DNA from: Fimicolochytrium jonesii
Lineage: Eukaryota
DNA length: 64,000 nt
Assembly (NCBI RefSeq): GCF_025526975.1
Contig: NW_026515670.1
Span: forward strand, 310,001-374,000
Reading direction: 5' to 3'
A model generated the notes under the pieces. That model was not told the origin of the DNA, did not search any database, and was given only the letters and a program-made list of their open reading frames with translations. The translations under genes were made by a program, and so were the position numbers. Each line of letters opens with the position of its first letter. Positions within the stretch are counted from its first letter, which is position 1. This document shows positions 25,580-39,014 of the stretch, one piece after another.

Positions 25580-27663
25580 TCAGACCTTCCACGGCTTGAA
25601 CGGGTTATCCACACTGTCCATCACACTCTTCAACTCCGGGAAGTGTCTCGTCACAAGGCTCTTGAAGTTGCCCTGCGTCTTCACCCACTCGATACCCTCC
25701 TTCGTGTAGATCTCCGGGCGGTAATCGTCCGTGAAGAAGCGGTCGGTCCACAACCTCCGCGCGGCCATGAGGATGAAGACATGGAACTGCGTGTCGCTGA
25801 ATCCGTATCCATCGGGTCTGGGCTGCTCCGCCATGCACCCGACGAGGAGGTCGACGTCCTCGGGTGACGCGTAGACGCTGGCGAGCTGCTTTTGGACGGC
25901 TGGGGACGGGTTGATGTCCTTCCAAGTCTTGAACTCAGGCTCCATGTTCAGCGCGCGGCGGAAGGCGAGGTACCGCGGGATGCCGCGCTCGCGGTCGCGG
26001 AAGATCTATTGAAGAATACGATGATAAATATCAAATAAAGGAAGGTGAAGAGATTGAAGAGAAGCTTTGGTCGCTACCTCTGTGGTTGCAAGATCTATAA
26101 CGAACGGTTCACCCGGTTTCGTGAGGTTCATCAACCATGTTGGGTAGTTGTTCAATGTGAGGGCGCCGGGGACTGTGGCCCCAAAGGTCAGCATGACGTC
26201 GGCGAGGGTGTTTTCGGTCACGGGCTTTCGGGCGCCGCGGAAGGTGATGTCGGCCAGCGGGTATGTCTTTCCGGTGGGTTTCTTGGTGGTCGCGGAGAGG
26301 ACGTTGAGTGTGTCGGGCATGAGAGAGTGGAGGCGGTAGACCGCGGAGAACTCCTCGGTGAGGGAGAAGGGCACGCCGTGAAGGTCCTTGTTTCCGCCGA
26401 CGATACCGGTGAGGACGCTGCCGCCCTTCCAGTTGTCGAGGCCGTCGGGGAGGAGACCGTCCCAGTTGGCCTGCATGGCGGTTTTGAGGATTTTGTTTTG
26501 GAGGATGCCGGGCGTCCAGTCCAGGGTGTGGATCTTGGCGTTCTGTGCGGTCAGGACTAGGCGCGCCATGTCGTGCAGTTTCTGGTCGGACCAGTCGGCG
26601 TGCTTGGACTTGAACATGTCGCAGATGGCGTTGTGTTCGCGGGTGAAAAGCGTGTGCAGGAGCATGATGCCCGTCCACCAGTTGTCTTTGAAGCCGGTGA
26701 TGTCCATGCCGTCCGTGTCGAGTGGGAGGAGGCCGTCGGTGTCGAGGCGAAGCTTGCCGTCGACCCCGGTCCGAATTCGGTTATTGATCTCGGAGGTCAC
26801 CCCGTAGATTTGTGAGAGGTCCCACCAGTGCGACTGGATTGAGGAGACATTTGAGATATGAAAAGATGACATGCTGATTTATGGGATTTGGCGACGGCAA
26901 TCGCAACTTACCACTTTATTTTTGAAAGCGGCAGGCCGGCCGGGAGACGCAGCTTTCTGTGCAGGGTCTTGTACAGAGCGGGGTAGGTAGAGCTTCTCTT
27001 TCTTTCCGGCGAGCGGGTCGTCTATGGGGATGGGAACCTCTACAGGACTTCCCCATGCGCGCTCGTGGTCCTGCGTTGAAGGACAGGGTTAGGGTTAACT
27101 GGGAAGGACACCGTTGCTCGCCAAACTTCCTTCCCCCTTTCTTACCATCCAATCATGAACTTGGAATTGAATCCAAGCCACAACAAACAAATTAACACTG
27201 CTCGCCGGCGTAAATTCAGTTCTCTTCAGCAGCTTTTGCGCAACCGTCCTCGGGTTGGGGCTCATCAGCTCCTCATCACTCTTATGCTGCGGGATCTTAT
27301 CCAGCGCAACGTTGCGTCCGAATCGGTAGCCAACGCTGCCCATCTTCGGCAACGCAAGGTCATTGCAGCTGCCATCGAGGGTGCGAGCATTCCTAGCGGA
27401 AGCGTCGCAAATTCCTTGTGGATATTCATCGGCCACGTAAGAGTCGAAGAGGTTGTGCTTGAAGAGCTCGTCGCGTGTCATAGAGAGCGCCAGGAGTGCA
27501 AGGACTAATCCTCGTTGCCACCATCGCCTATCAATTTAGAACATTTATTACTTAAGAACATTACGGAGTCCCAAGCATGAACCTACCAGGCGGAGAAAAT
27601 GCCAGGTGCCGCCGCGGCCGCGGCTGGGGCCGCGCGCTGTACGAGGCGCGTAATGGAGGGCAT
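25580..27663 (-). CDS. heme peroxidase-cyclooxygenase superfamily, fatty-acid alpha-dioxygenase-like (5' end uncertain)
   Basis: RTLDGSCND, AWIQFQVHDW, HWWDLSQIYG, KIHTLDWT, SLTEEFSAVYRLHSL, RDRERGIPRY, ILMAARRLWTDRF. Confidence 0.9.
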
Positions 27664-29083
27664 TGTAGGGAGGTTTCCTAAGTCGTACGCGTTCGGGTGG
27701 TTCCGTCGGTGAACGGAATGGGATGCGGAGACAGGGGCCGGCGGATGTGCGGGTGCCGAGTTATATCCTCGGAGTCCGCTGATGAGCAGACAGTGCCTGA
27801 AGCTTGAAGAGTTCTACACCTCGAACTCCCCATCCTGCCGTACCGCCAAAAGTGCAAACATTCAACCAGGAGAAGATGACAGGAGCGAAAACTGAGAAAC
27901 GGTGGCGTCGAAAGCAATCTATGCGTTCTGGATAACGAGCAACACCTCCTAATTTCAGATGCGGGTCCTTCCGCATGCTCTGTTGTGCAACTCACGGTCC
28001 CAGACTGTTCAATACTTCTCAGCCGCAACAGATCTTTTCAATTTCACGGTCAGAGAAAACCTTTTCACTTTCACGGTCACCGTGGCAAGCCACTCACAGC
28101 GGGTTAATCCGTTTCCTTGTCTGTGGCCCTGGGATGGGATGTGGAAATTGCCATATGCGAGCTGGTGGATCTCCACAGCTGTCAATTGCACGAGTCCCTG
28201 TCAATTCCTGTCAAATGCACATCTCTGGTTGGCGTCCGAAAGTCATTCTTCACACGCAGGCGCCTGCTGCGGCCATCTTGACTTTTTCTCGGTTGTAAAT
28301 TTTGCATCTAATTCACAAATTGGGTTGTGGCTTCAACAAAAAGTTGTTGGAGACCGTCTTGGAGCGGCCCAAAATATGCAAATAGTGTCCTTGGCGCGGT
28401 GTACTATACATCTTTTGCTTGAACTCGTGGGTCAGAACACTGAGAACTGAGAACGGCAATAGCCTTATCGGCGTTTCGAGTCACAAAAGGAGGTTCGCCG
28501 AGCGGTCTATCCCTTCTGTAAGAGCGGATGCCCCGTAGCGCAGATGTTCATGTTACACTCGTTGTATGTTTTGCCAGCCCTCGCATGCGTGTGGTTAGCC
28601 ACTGTACGCATCTTTCCCATCTCGCTCCATCTTGCGGCTGCAAAGGTACCCAAAAGGCTATGATGTCTCATCAGATGCTACATGTCATTTCGAGCCATGC
28701 GCATGCCACCTTGCACAAGAATTTGCTGCCGATCAGGCCCCTACCGACCTATTTGATGACATGCGTTGGCGAGAAAAAAGGTTGGGGAAGACCGATTCGA
28801 GAAACTAGCACGACTTCTACCGGTTCGACCGGCGGCTGGGCCGCTAGCTGCGCTACTTCGTCCAGGACTCAATGACAAGGATGTTCAAGCGTATGTAGTG
28901 CTTTAGCGTGGTGCGGCTCCCATCGTCGTCTGTCTTGGAGAAAGCGTAGAAAAATTCCCGGCCATCCCTCCTTCCGGCGTACGCCCGCATATATCTAGCT
29001 CGGAAGCGTTAACAAGTACCGCGGACAACTTGAAGCCATCGTCCTTCCGACATCCCTTCCGAACCCCCCGGAACCGTCCCGCA

Positions 29084-30347
29084 ATGCGCCTCCTTACCAC
29101 CCTCGTCGTCCCGCTCCTCCTTAGCGCCTCGAGTGCGCTCGCCTATCCCGGCATGGCCGCGGCCCCAGGCGAGGTCAACCCGCACGACGGGAAGTCCATG
29201 CCCGCTGGGATCTTCGACCCCAAACCCGCCTTCCCGCCGTTGCCCGCCAACTACGAGTCGCTGTCGGCGCTCGAGAAGCAGAGCATCTTGTGGGAGCGCC
29301 TGAAGCAGACGACCAATCAGTCGCAGGGATGGAACTCGGGGATCGAGAGCGCCTGGTTGATGACGACGTTGCCGTGGAACCCACCGTTCCAGAGGAAGAG
29401 TGATGAAATGGTTCCTGGCAGGAAGAAGTTCATTCGGAAGTGCGTTTTATCTTTCCCCATTTTCCGGCGCTCCATTCGTTTCCGCAACTCACGTCTCACT
29501 TGCCCCCTTCGCAGCCGCGGCGCCCACGCCCAGATCCAATTCACGCCCCTGCCCTCTGCACACAACTACACCGGCATCTTCGCTACAGGCGGCACCGGCC
29601 TCATCCGCCTAACCACCCTCGACGAGCCGCCCAAGAACCCCAAAGCCGACGATGTCCTCATCGCCCCCGGCGGCGTCGTGAAGTTCCTCATCTCCGGCCG
29701 CGAATCCACCAACCTGTTCGTGATTTACTCCCTCGAGGGCCAGAAAGGCAGCTGGAACTACTTTGAGAATGCACTAAGCAACCACCTCGCCCCGCCCACG
29801 ACGTTGAAGACCAAAGCGGCGAAACTGCTGAACCAGAGGGTTAGCCATTGGTCGGAGATGACGGGGCTGTCCGGGCTTGCGAGCGTGACTCCCGACGGCA
29901 AGGCTGTGGAGAACCCCAAGGCGCCGTTTCAGTTGTGGCTGGTCCCGACGGATCAGGCGAGGAACAACGCCCCGAAACTCGTAAGCCGCTCTCCATACCT
30001 TGCCATATCGTTTCTGAAGATGTCCCACCTAAACCCCCGTTCCCCTCCCACAGACCGCCGCAACAGCATCCACCACCTTCGCAACCTCGTTCTCCGCCCT
30101 CCCACCTTCCACCCCACTTTACCACATATACGCCATTCCCGAACCGATTCAGCCGTACAACCCATCAACCCAGTACCACGCGACCGAGCTCTCCTCCGCC
30201 GAGCACCTCGGCGACATCACGACCACGTCCGAGTTCATCGCGTCGACGTATGGCGACGCCCAGCTGCATTTCAAGCACACGTCGTTCGATGAGGATTTGA
30301 AGTTGAGGCCGCTTTGGGAGGATGTTGTGAAGAGTGCGAGGACATAG
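29084..30347 (+). CDS. secreted catalase-related (mini-catalase fold) protein
   Basis: Signal peptide; YTGIF..GLIRL, PGGVVKF..GRESTN, NYFENALSNH, STYGDAQLHFKH..D..RPLW; 2 introns. Confidence 0.6.
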
Positions 30348-31657
30348 ATGTCAGAGTGAGGATGGGGTTCTTAATACCCTCGTGTTTCTGGAATGCTCGT
30401 ACTGTCAGACATAGATCGTTGCACTTCGCACAACACTCGGTTTCCTAAAAACCAACAGAAAACACTGTCCCATCACGTATTCTTTTGTAGCTAGATTGAA
30501 TAGAGGGCCCGCGAAGGCAGAAGCGTTGAGAAACGCTGCTTAGGTTGTCTTGAATCCCGCAATACCTCGTACTTTCGCCGTCTGTAAAGCTTCGGACGAT
30601 TTTCTGCGCTGTGTTGGTTGATGGACCCATGTTTTGGTTAGCCGACAGGTTCTCTTTGCTGCGGCGCCAGTGAGCATCATGGATACGACAGCAGAACATT
30701 GCCTATGAAACGTTTGAGTCCTGCACAACACAGCGTTAAACCAGAAATGCGATGGGCTACGATTGCGGAACGCTGTCAGTCCATCACGGCAGCCAGGAAC
30801 CCCTGTTTGAAAACCCGTCCGCTTCTCGGGCTCCTTGCCAGTAATCAACCTTGTGCGCACAAAGTTTGCCGAGATCTTGAAGCCCGTGAGACAACGTCAG
30901 TGAGTGAAAGGGTAGGCACGATCAGCATACGAAGCGGCACCTACCCGATCATTTTGTAGATGAATTCTGGAATGCGAGAAAGGAAGCACCTGTGCGAGTG
31001 TTGGGAATTCCAGGAGGATGCAGGCCACAAAGACTCTCAAGACTTCGAGCTGGTGTGCCATCTTTATTCATGTACGGCCCGGAAGTAAGTGATCGGAGAA
31101 GGCCTGGAACTATGGCGAGACACAATAGGAGATCAATACTCAGCGAAATCGTGGGACGGTCATATGAAACGCAGTAGGGCCGATAACTTCCCTCAGGTTT
31201 TGTGGCTCTTGAAATCAGTTGCTCCGTTTTGACGGGAGCCTGTCGAATTATCCGCAACGACCAAATCGCGTCGCCAACATCCTTATGGACGCGCGGCAGC
31301 GAGAAGCTGAACTTGATAAGTGCGGCAGTACTCGTAAACTTCAAACGTCTCAAGTCATATTTCGACTCACGAAAAGAGCATCACAAAAAGAATGTGTGGA
31401 CAAACGCATGATATGACGCAAAAACTTATGACAGACCAAGAAACATGAAAACAGCGATGGGGGGGAGAGGTGTCCCGCAAGACACCAAAAAGCAAAAAAA
31501 GCGAGGGAATGTGAACCCTCACTCTTACAAGCCCAAAACCCCAAGAGGATGGAGGATGAATCTACATGCACTTTTGTGTGTTGGGGCGACGCGAGACACC
31601 GGCATTCGATGTTTCCCCACTTCCCACAAATGCATCAATTCCAAACATAGCAACGCC

Positions 31658-32807
31658 CTACTCGGCCTTCTTCCCAACCCCCCTCGCCGCATCCCCCGCC
31701 TTCCCGACAGCCGCCTTCCCCTTCTTGCTCGCCTCGGCTATCTTCCTCTTCGTCTGCTCCGCCGCCGAGTTCCAGTACGTCCCGACAACAGATGTCGCGC
31801 GGTTGACGTGCACAGAGGCCTGGGCGTGCACGTTGTTGGCGTGCGTATCGATGAGGGTCTTGTTGTGCTTGTAGATTAGGGGCAAGGTGAAGGAGGAGAG
31901 GGTGAAAAGGATGAAGAGGGTCGTGGAGGAGATGTAGGAGGAGAGGAGATAGAGGAGGCCGGTTGCGAAGAGGGCCTGGGAATCGTGTATGAGAATGCGT
32001 GATTGATGAGTGGGAATGCAATTGCGAGTGTGAGGTTCGTCCTTACCTCAGCAGACTTCTTGTTGTCATCAACAGCGACCAACGACGCGAGGGAACTGAC
32101 GGCTACGTTGACAGTGTCCACGATAAAGTCGGACCAGTCACGGACGAGAGAGTGTGACAACGGTTGACGGTTCGCGTTGTCCAGGAACCACCTAAGTAAT
32201 TGAGGAAGGAGAGATGTCAATAAAATGCCGTTGATCAGACCGATGAACGGGAAGAAAGCAGATCGTGTCAGCGAGTGGTCGATGGGCGGGAGCTGCTCGC
32301 TAAGGGTCGTGTTTAGGGGAGTATAGCGCCTTTGGCGCAATTGGGCTCGCTCCGCTCGGGAATCACAGTGGGCACACTCGGTCTCGTGGGCAATACTCAC
32401 ATAGTAGGCGGCTTCCTAACACCCCCATCCTTATCAGCATGGACAAAAAGACTAGCCCCATAAACCCAACCATTCACAAACACCAAATTAGCAAACGTAA
32501 CGGTCCCAAAAACCAGTGCGAGCACTCTAATCGGCGAATAGTGGGCCAGGAGATAATTTCCACCCAAAATCCCACCAAGCACAATCGCACTAGCAATCGG
32601 GTTCTCCCAGTGCACGAGAGAGTGGATGATGGACTTGATGTAAGCTGATTTCTGCTTGTGAATTTCGGAGGTGGTTGTGGAGGTTGATTTGCGGGGGAGG
32701 GTTGTTGTGTTGGAGGTGGGGTCGAGGGTAGCGGAGGAGGTGGTTTTGGAGATGGGCGAGTCCGATTGGGGGATGAGGGGGGTAGTGTCGGTTGCGATGG
32801 GATCCAT
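31658..32807 (-). CDS. RTN1: reticulon-like ER-shaping protein
   Basis: LVHWENPIASAIVLG, two long hydrophobic hairpins, FTLPLIYKHNKTLID; 2 introns. Confidence 0.85.
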
Positions 32808-34802
32808 TTTTGGCGAGTTTGTGTGGTGGTGATGGGGGATATGTGTGTGTTGCTGTGTGAGTTAGGCGAGTATACTCTGAGTGCTAGTGGGTATGTGTGC
32901 GATTGATCGTCTGGGTGGGTGGGAAGTGACAAGTGATGTAAGGGGATGGGTATGAGCGAGATGGTCGTGGGAACAGCTTTGCTTGGCACGCCTTTCGCAA
33001 CCAATACAGTCAAGCCTAGTACGGGAGTCACAGCACACTCACCAGAGCGAGGAACAAGGAGGCAGTAGTAGATAGCAGGAGCAGGGTCTTATCTGCGTGG
33101 ACACAGGAGCAGGGTTTTATCTGCGTGGACAGTGGGTAGGAATAGGGAAGGAGGGAAGGAAGGAGGAGACAACAAGCGCAACCTTATATGGATTTGGAGT
33201 CTTGGCCGAGCGTCCCCTCTGTCCCTCTCTCTCTTTCTCTTTCTCTCGGGGGAGAGCGGGGACGTGGCAGGTTATGCGGACTGGGACAGTTGCGTAATGC
33301 CCCTTTTTTCTGTGACCATCCGCCGAGCCACTTCACTCATGCTACAACTGTACTACACTAACGTCCTCATCATAAGCCTCTCTCTCTCTCTCTGTCTGCT
33401 TCTCCTTTTGCTCTCCTTTTGCTCTCCTTGATCTTTTGCGTGCGTCCTTTGTCGTCGTCGTCGTTCGTTTGGACTCTGGGAGTTTGGACAGGAAAGACTC
33501 ATCGCGTCACAGCGTACTCAATGACGTGGCCCTCCTCTCCGCTCATTTACCGACGCGCAGATGACGCTTGCTCGGCTGCTTGTCGCTGTGACGCCAACAA
33601 CCTCTTGGCGTTGGAGACCGGAACTTGATGAACGCTGCCGAGAGTGGATTTGGACCATGGAGGACCCACGGCCTCCGCTTCTTCATGCAGTGCAGCAAGC
33701 TTGCCTGCATTCGCCAGGCATCCATTACAGAAATTGCAGATGCCGAGACAAGATATGCATTGGGATCTCAACGAAACCCCCTCCAGGAACGGGAGATCTG
33801 GGACCATGATGATTCCGTGCGACATATCGATAGTAGATCATCTTTGACAGCCTCCCGAAATTCAAACCTGTTCGTCATCTACGGTCACGTGACACGTGAA
33901 GCAAAATGGGAGTTGAACTCGGAGTTGAACTTTCGGCAGCACGCGTTTTTGCCTGCGTCCTCCACGCGCTTTGCACCCAACTTTCGCTCAACCATGTCAC
34001 GGTCTGCTACGTAGGAAGGGAGATCTGACATTTAGTCACGGAAGGGAAATGGAGGAGCATCATAGAATCGCAAAAGCAATAGGAAGCTCGAAATCAACTC
34101 CGTTCCAAATTCCTATCATCTAGACAGAAGGTGGAATTGCGAGGGAATACTGGTGGTATCTCGGTATCTGACGGAACGAGCCTCTGATCTTTCAAGTGAC
34201 ACGGTTTACACAAAGGTTGCGATCAAGGCATTAAATAGCAGCGGACTGGTGTTCTCCACTTCGCTAGGGGGCAAACCTTCCGATGGAGATGCTCTTTGCA
34301 TGCGTCTGGTGCACGTGAACCAACCACCCCTAGTCCTTCGACCGGTCCGCCGTGAGGCTAGAAATCACCCAATTTGCTCGTCAACCAGATTTTGTCTGAG
34401 AGCATCAAAGTGTGCCTGCATATTGTGAACGCACCCGGAAGCTCTCGGGGTGGGCCCGCTACCTGGTATGCCTGCGGGAACGTTACATCTCACGACACTC
34501 CACCATGCCCTACCGGGAAATGAGTATTGGCGATGGAAGGCGTTGGTTGGGAAGGGGGTTTATCAACTGCTGTAGTGAAACGGAGCAGCTTGAGTTTGAT
34601 TCCACCGTTTGCATGGAAACAACCGCCGGTGCCTTGCGAAGCGGAATGGCGGCCAGCTCCCGCGTATTCGAGCAGGATGGATTATGCAACACGCGGTTCT
34701 ATGCTCCCTCCTTCGGATCACGTCGCACGCGTCTCCTTTCGCATAACACCGAGCGGGGTTTTGCTTTCGTAAGGGTCTCTTGTACGCGGTAAGTGGCAGT
34801 TG

Positions 34803-35034
34803 TTAGGGGGGGCGTGACTAGAAATTGGTAACTCGTGCTTTTTTACAGCCAAAGTGAACCATTTGATTAACAAACCTAACCCCTTTGCCTTCGGTGAGTC
34901 GGCCTTACCGGCCTCCTACAATCAGGGTCTGCCACGCTCCGCTCGGCAACTGTCTAACAGTCTAACCCTAACCGGAGTTGCTCAAATTTAGCACGAACTA
35001 CCCACTTCTAGCCATTCCCCTTGTTAGGGTTAGG
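34803..35034. repeat. cluster of short TTAGGG-type telomeric motifs on both strands
   Basis: TTAGGG 34803, CCTAACCC 34875, CTAACCCTAAC 34962-34972, GTTAGGGTTAG 35023-35033. Confidence 0.6.
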
Positions 35035-36455
35035 CGCTGGACGTTTCCCGCCCTCCCTGTCGAACGACGCCAGATTCAAACGCGTCCGGTTTGCATAAGC
35101 CACTCGCTTACGCGTTTCTTGCCCTCCTTTGTCTCCTTCCACCTCCTTCCGCCGTCCTCCCGTCCGCAATATGTGGAAGGACCAGCCGCCCCCTCGCCCT
35201 CCTTCCCATTCTCCCACATTCTTTCACTCGCCCCACTTTCAGTCTCCGTTTCTCTATCATTCTATCATTCTATCCCTGAGTGTTCAACCGCCGTTTATCT
35301 CCTCAATGCTCCATGTCACTGGCCAGGCTTACTGTACTGGGGGTAACCCCACCTCTCTCCTTCTCCCCGACATGCATTTCCTTCGAGGTGTTGATTCCGA
35401 AGGTAAGCGTACACTTCGCGGACCCTTTGAACCTTTTGTCTGAACTAAACCAAGCAATTTTAATTGGAGAACTACATGAGCAAAATCTTCTCGAGGTATG
35501 TGCGACTCTTGCTCGCCACCACACTCAAGTTGAACGATCGGGACTTGTAAGAATTGAGGTCAGTGCGAATGCTCCCGGGATTTTATGTTTCTACAAGGTT
35601 ATAGGTATCTCATCTCGCTGGGAAATGCCACAGGAAGGTGAGGGAAAAATAGGGGAACCATGGTCGAGTTTGCAGCGTGTATCATCACCAACGCTTAACG
35701 ATGCAGAGACGAAGCCTGCAACTAAGCCGCGAGATTTGGCATTTGCACATTCCTTCTCATTCCTGTTCTCGTTCCCGTGGTCGTTGTTCCAATCCTAGTT
35801 CGCGTTCTCGTCCTGGTCCTCCTTGTTCCCGTTCGCCTTCCCCTTCCCGTCCCCGTCCTCGTCCTCGACCTTCAGCTACGCTAGCCAAGCGGTACCCGCA
35901 AATGTTCCGCTGTCGTTTTAGACGAAAAATCTATGAGAGGCGCCCGCTTCCCACGGCACGACCTGCTGGCACAACTTGCTACTCGCTTCAACCCTGTCGC
36001 AGGCGGCAGCTAGCCCACAGAAAACCACGCTATAGGTAACATCCCAGACCATACCCGGTGCCGTCTTTTCCGGGCTTAGAGTGTGTGTTTTCTGTTGGCC
36101 TCTGGAAGCCTGAAGCCTGAGCAGTCTGGGGCATCTGGAGAGTCTTGAGGGCAAACGCGTCCAAATCCAGTTGGGAGTTGAGGTGCTCTCTGCCTCGGCT
36201 TCCCTGTCGGACAGTCCCCACTCGCCAGACCCAGAACGCTGTTCACAGGACCGAAGATACCCGCCATACTGGGAGGTAAGGTTGGGGCGGTGGCGGGGCA
36301 GCATTTTAGAATGCGCCTCACGGAAGGGCGGGACAGCCGACAATTGACTGAAAGACCATTTAGCCTCCAGGATTATAGAGACACACAGGTTGCGAAGGTG
36401 ATTGATCGCAGAGTCCTCTGCCGCTATTCAATAAACCGCCGACCCCGATAGTGTC

Positions 36456-38776
36456 ATGAAGTCTCCAGGCGCTTCGCAAAATCCCCACCATCCCCCCTCC
36501 CTCCAACTCCAATCTCAAGCCCTGGGCCTCCGCCAACGCACCGCCTGCGTCGAAAACCACCTCAACTGCCCCATCTGCAGCGACATCTTCGTCCTCCCCT
36601 TCCAACTCCAACAATGCGCCCACATCTACTGCCTGAACTGCATCCGCACCTGGATCCTGCACAAGCGCGAAAACGACGCTGTGGCGGATTGTCCCGAATG
36701 CAGGATGGAGATCACTACGAGACCGAAACACTGTAGCTTTGCGGCCAAGCTTATCGATTCGTATGTCGAGGTGTGTTTGAAGACACCGAACGTGGGCAGC
36801 TCGAGGGGGCAGAGGTGGGAGAGTGAGATGGATTGGGATCAGTCGCCTGTACGGCATCCGCCTTCCTCGTCGTCGTCGGCACCTGCATCCTCGTCGAGGG
36901 CCAATCCGTGGGCGGCTGTTAAGGAGAAGATCGAAGTCGCACGCGCACTTTTACGGAAGAAAAGTTTGGCGAGAACTCTCCCGTTTTTTGATTTGTTCCC
37001 GAACGAGGAGGATATGTTGATTTTCGATCATGAGGACGGCGTCAGGTTTGGGATTCTGTTTGGATAGGTCGTTCGTGGAGACCAAGCGCTTATCGCCCCC
37101 TTCTTCCTACAGTCGATGCTCGCGCTGCCACTGGGAGATCGAAGACGGCCGCTGCGTTGGCTGCGGACACGTATATAGCAGGCCCCAGGGTGCACCGCCA
37201 CATATAGCCGAGGAGGAGGAGGAGGAGGAAGATGACGAAGCTTACGAGGAGTCGTATACTTCCGATGACGGGTTTGTGGTGGATGATGATGAGCCTGACG
37301 ATGACGGTGGTGGCGGTGGTGGTGGTGCTGCAGGCAGAAGGACAAGGCTTGTATACGCAGAGGATACAGATGAGGACGAGGATGGACAGCCAGGGCCAAG
37401 CACGAACGGCAGCCGTCACGCTGCGGATATAACCTCAAGCGATGACGAAGCGAACGCCGGCCCATCGAACGGCAGACATCGTGCGGATATAACCTCAAGC
37501 GACGAAGATTCATACGTCGGCCGATCCGCGAACGGTCATACCCGTATCGCCGCAGACAGCTCGAGCGGAGAAGACGACGGGAGTGCGAGGCAGAGGAAGC
37601 GGAAACGGTCTAGGTTGATTGATGATGAGGCGGAGGAGGTTAGTGAGGAGAGTGATGAGGACGGGGGAGATAGTGATGATGGAGGTAAGTCTGCTCTGGG
37701 GCTCCCATACGTCTCATTCGATCCTTACTTTCCATTATCCAGTTCCCCACCGCCGCCGCCGTCTAAACCCCACCGACCAAACACGCGCCTACCTAAACGG
37801 GCTAGAAGGTAACTTCAACAACGACACTTCCGAAGAAGACGAAGCCGACTCCCCCGTGCAGCGGCGGCACCATTACAGCACCGAAGAAGAAGAGGATTCC
37901 CCCGTACGACACCATCACTACGACCCGGAAGAAGACGAAGAGGACTCCCCAAGGCCCCGTGTGGCCCGTCACCCTTACGACACCACGTCAGAAGAAGCCG
38001 GCTCCCCCGTACAGCACCACCACTACGACACCGAGGAAGAGGATTCATCCTCCCCACCACAACCACACCATCACCACGACACCGAGGAAGAGGAGGAGGA
38101 CTCCCCAGGGCCCCATGTGGCCCATCACCCTTACCACACGGCATCAGAGGAAGCGGACTCTCCCATACAGCACCACCACTACGACACCGAGGAAGACGAT
38201 TCACCCTCCCCACCACAACGCCACCGCCCATCCTCCTCCTCCTCCGACGACGACGATAGCGAATCGGACCATATTCAACCCCGGTCTCGCCGGCATGTCG
38301 CGGTCTCCTCCCCCTCGGACGACGACACAGAGGAAGAAGCTACAACCACCCACTCCCCGCCCCTCCGCACCAGCGAATCCGACCCCTCCATCGACTCACA
38401 GGACTCGGAATCACCGACCCACGCACAATCCCAATCGGACTCCCTACCCAGCTCCGAATCCGATGCGGAAGCAGAAGCTGCGGATGTCCGATCGGTGTCC
38501 CCCGCGGGTACGCTTGAGTCTGGTGGGGATGGAAGTGAACGCGGGCTGGAGAGTGGGGATGAGGAGATGGATGTGGCGCATTCGGATTCGGAATCCGAAG
38601 AGGGTGCGGCTGTGAGCGAGGGTGGGGAGGATATCGAGACTGGGAGTGGTAGTTCGAGTGAGAGTTCTGAGAGTTCTGAGAGTTCTGAGAGTTCCGAGAG
38701 TTCCGAGAGTTCCGAGAGCAGTGAGAGCTCTGAGAGTGAGAGTAGTAGTGAGGAGAGCGAGAGTGGGAGTGATTGA
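36456..38776 (+). CDS. PSH1: Psh1-like RING E3 ubiquitin ligase with long acidic tail
   Basis: C3HC4 RING (CPIC..CAHIYCLNC..CPEC), DHEDGV/RCSRCHWEIEDGRCVGC, D/E/S-rich tail; 2 introns. Confidence 0.75.
37840..38230 (+). repeat. coding tandem repeat (~156-nt period; HHHYDTEEE units) in the Psh1-like tail
   Basis: GTGGCCC(G/A)TCACCCTTAC recurs at 37961 and 38117; CACCACCACTACGACACCGAGGAAGA repeated. Confidence 0.85.
38660..38740 (+). repeat. 9-bp coding minisatellite (GAGAGTTCY)n encoding ESS
   Basis: Directly visible. Confidence 0.9.
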
Positions 38777-39014
38777 AAAGGGAGGGCAAAACGATCTGAT
38801 GTGAGGGTTATGTGGGAGTTATGGCGTATGTTTATAGGGGTATATGTAGGCAACATTTCACAATCACACATTTTTGCGTTTGTAAAAAGTCTATTCCGCC
38901 CTTTGGCGACCAGACAGCAAAAACGCCATCGACGTTCACCCTGCTCCTCTCAACCTATGGATAAATACAGCCCCCCAAAAGCGCTTTGTTCCATCCCTCT
39001 TTCATCCCCATAGT

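Noticed and set aside
35371..35725. Micro-exon gene suggested by several GT..AG pairs
   Set aside because: My best splice model gives only ~46 aa with no recognisable motif; not supportable.
37840..38740. CRISPR-like or non-coding repeat array
   Set aside because: The repeats are in-frame coding repeats of the acidic tail, with no unique spacers, in a eukaryotic context.
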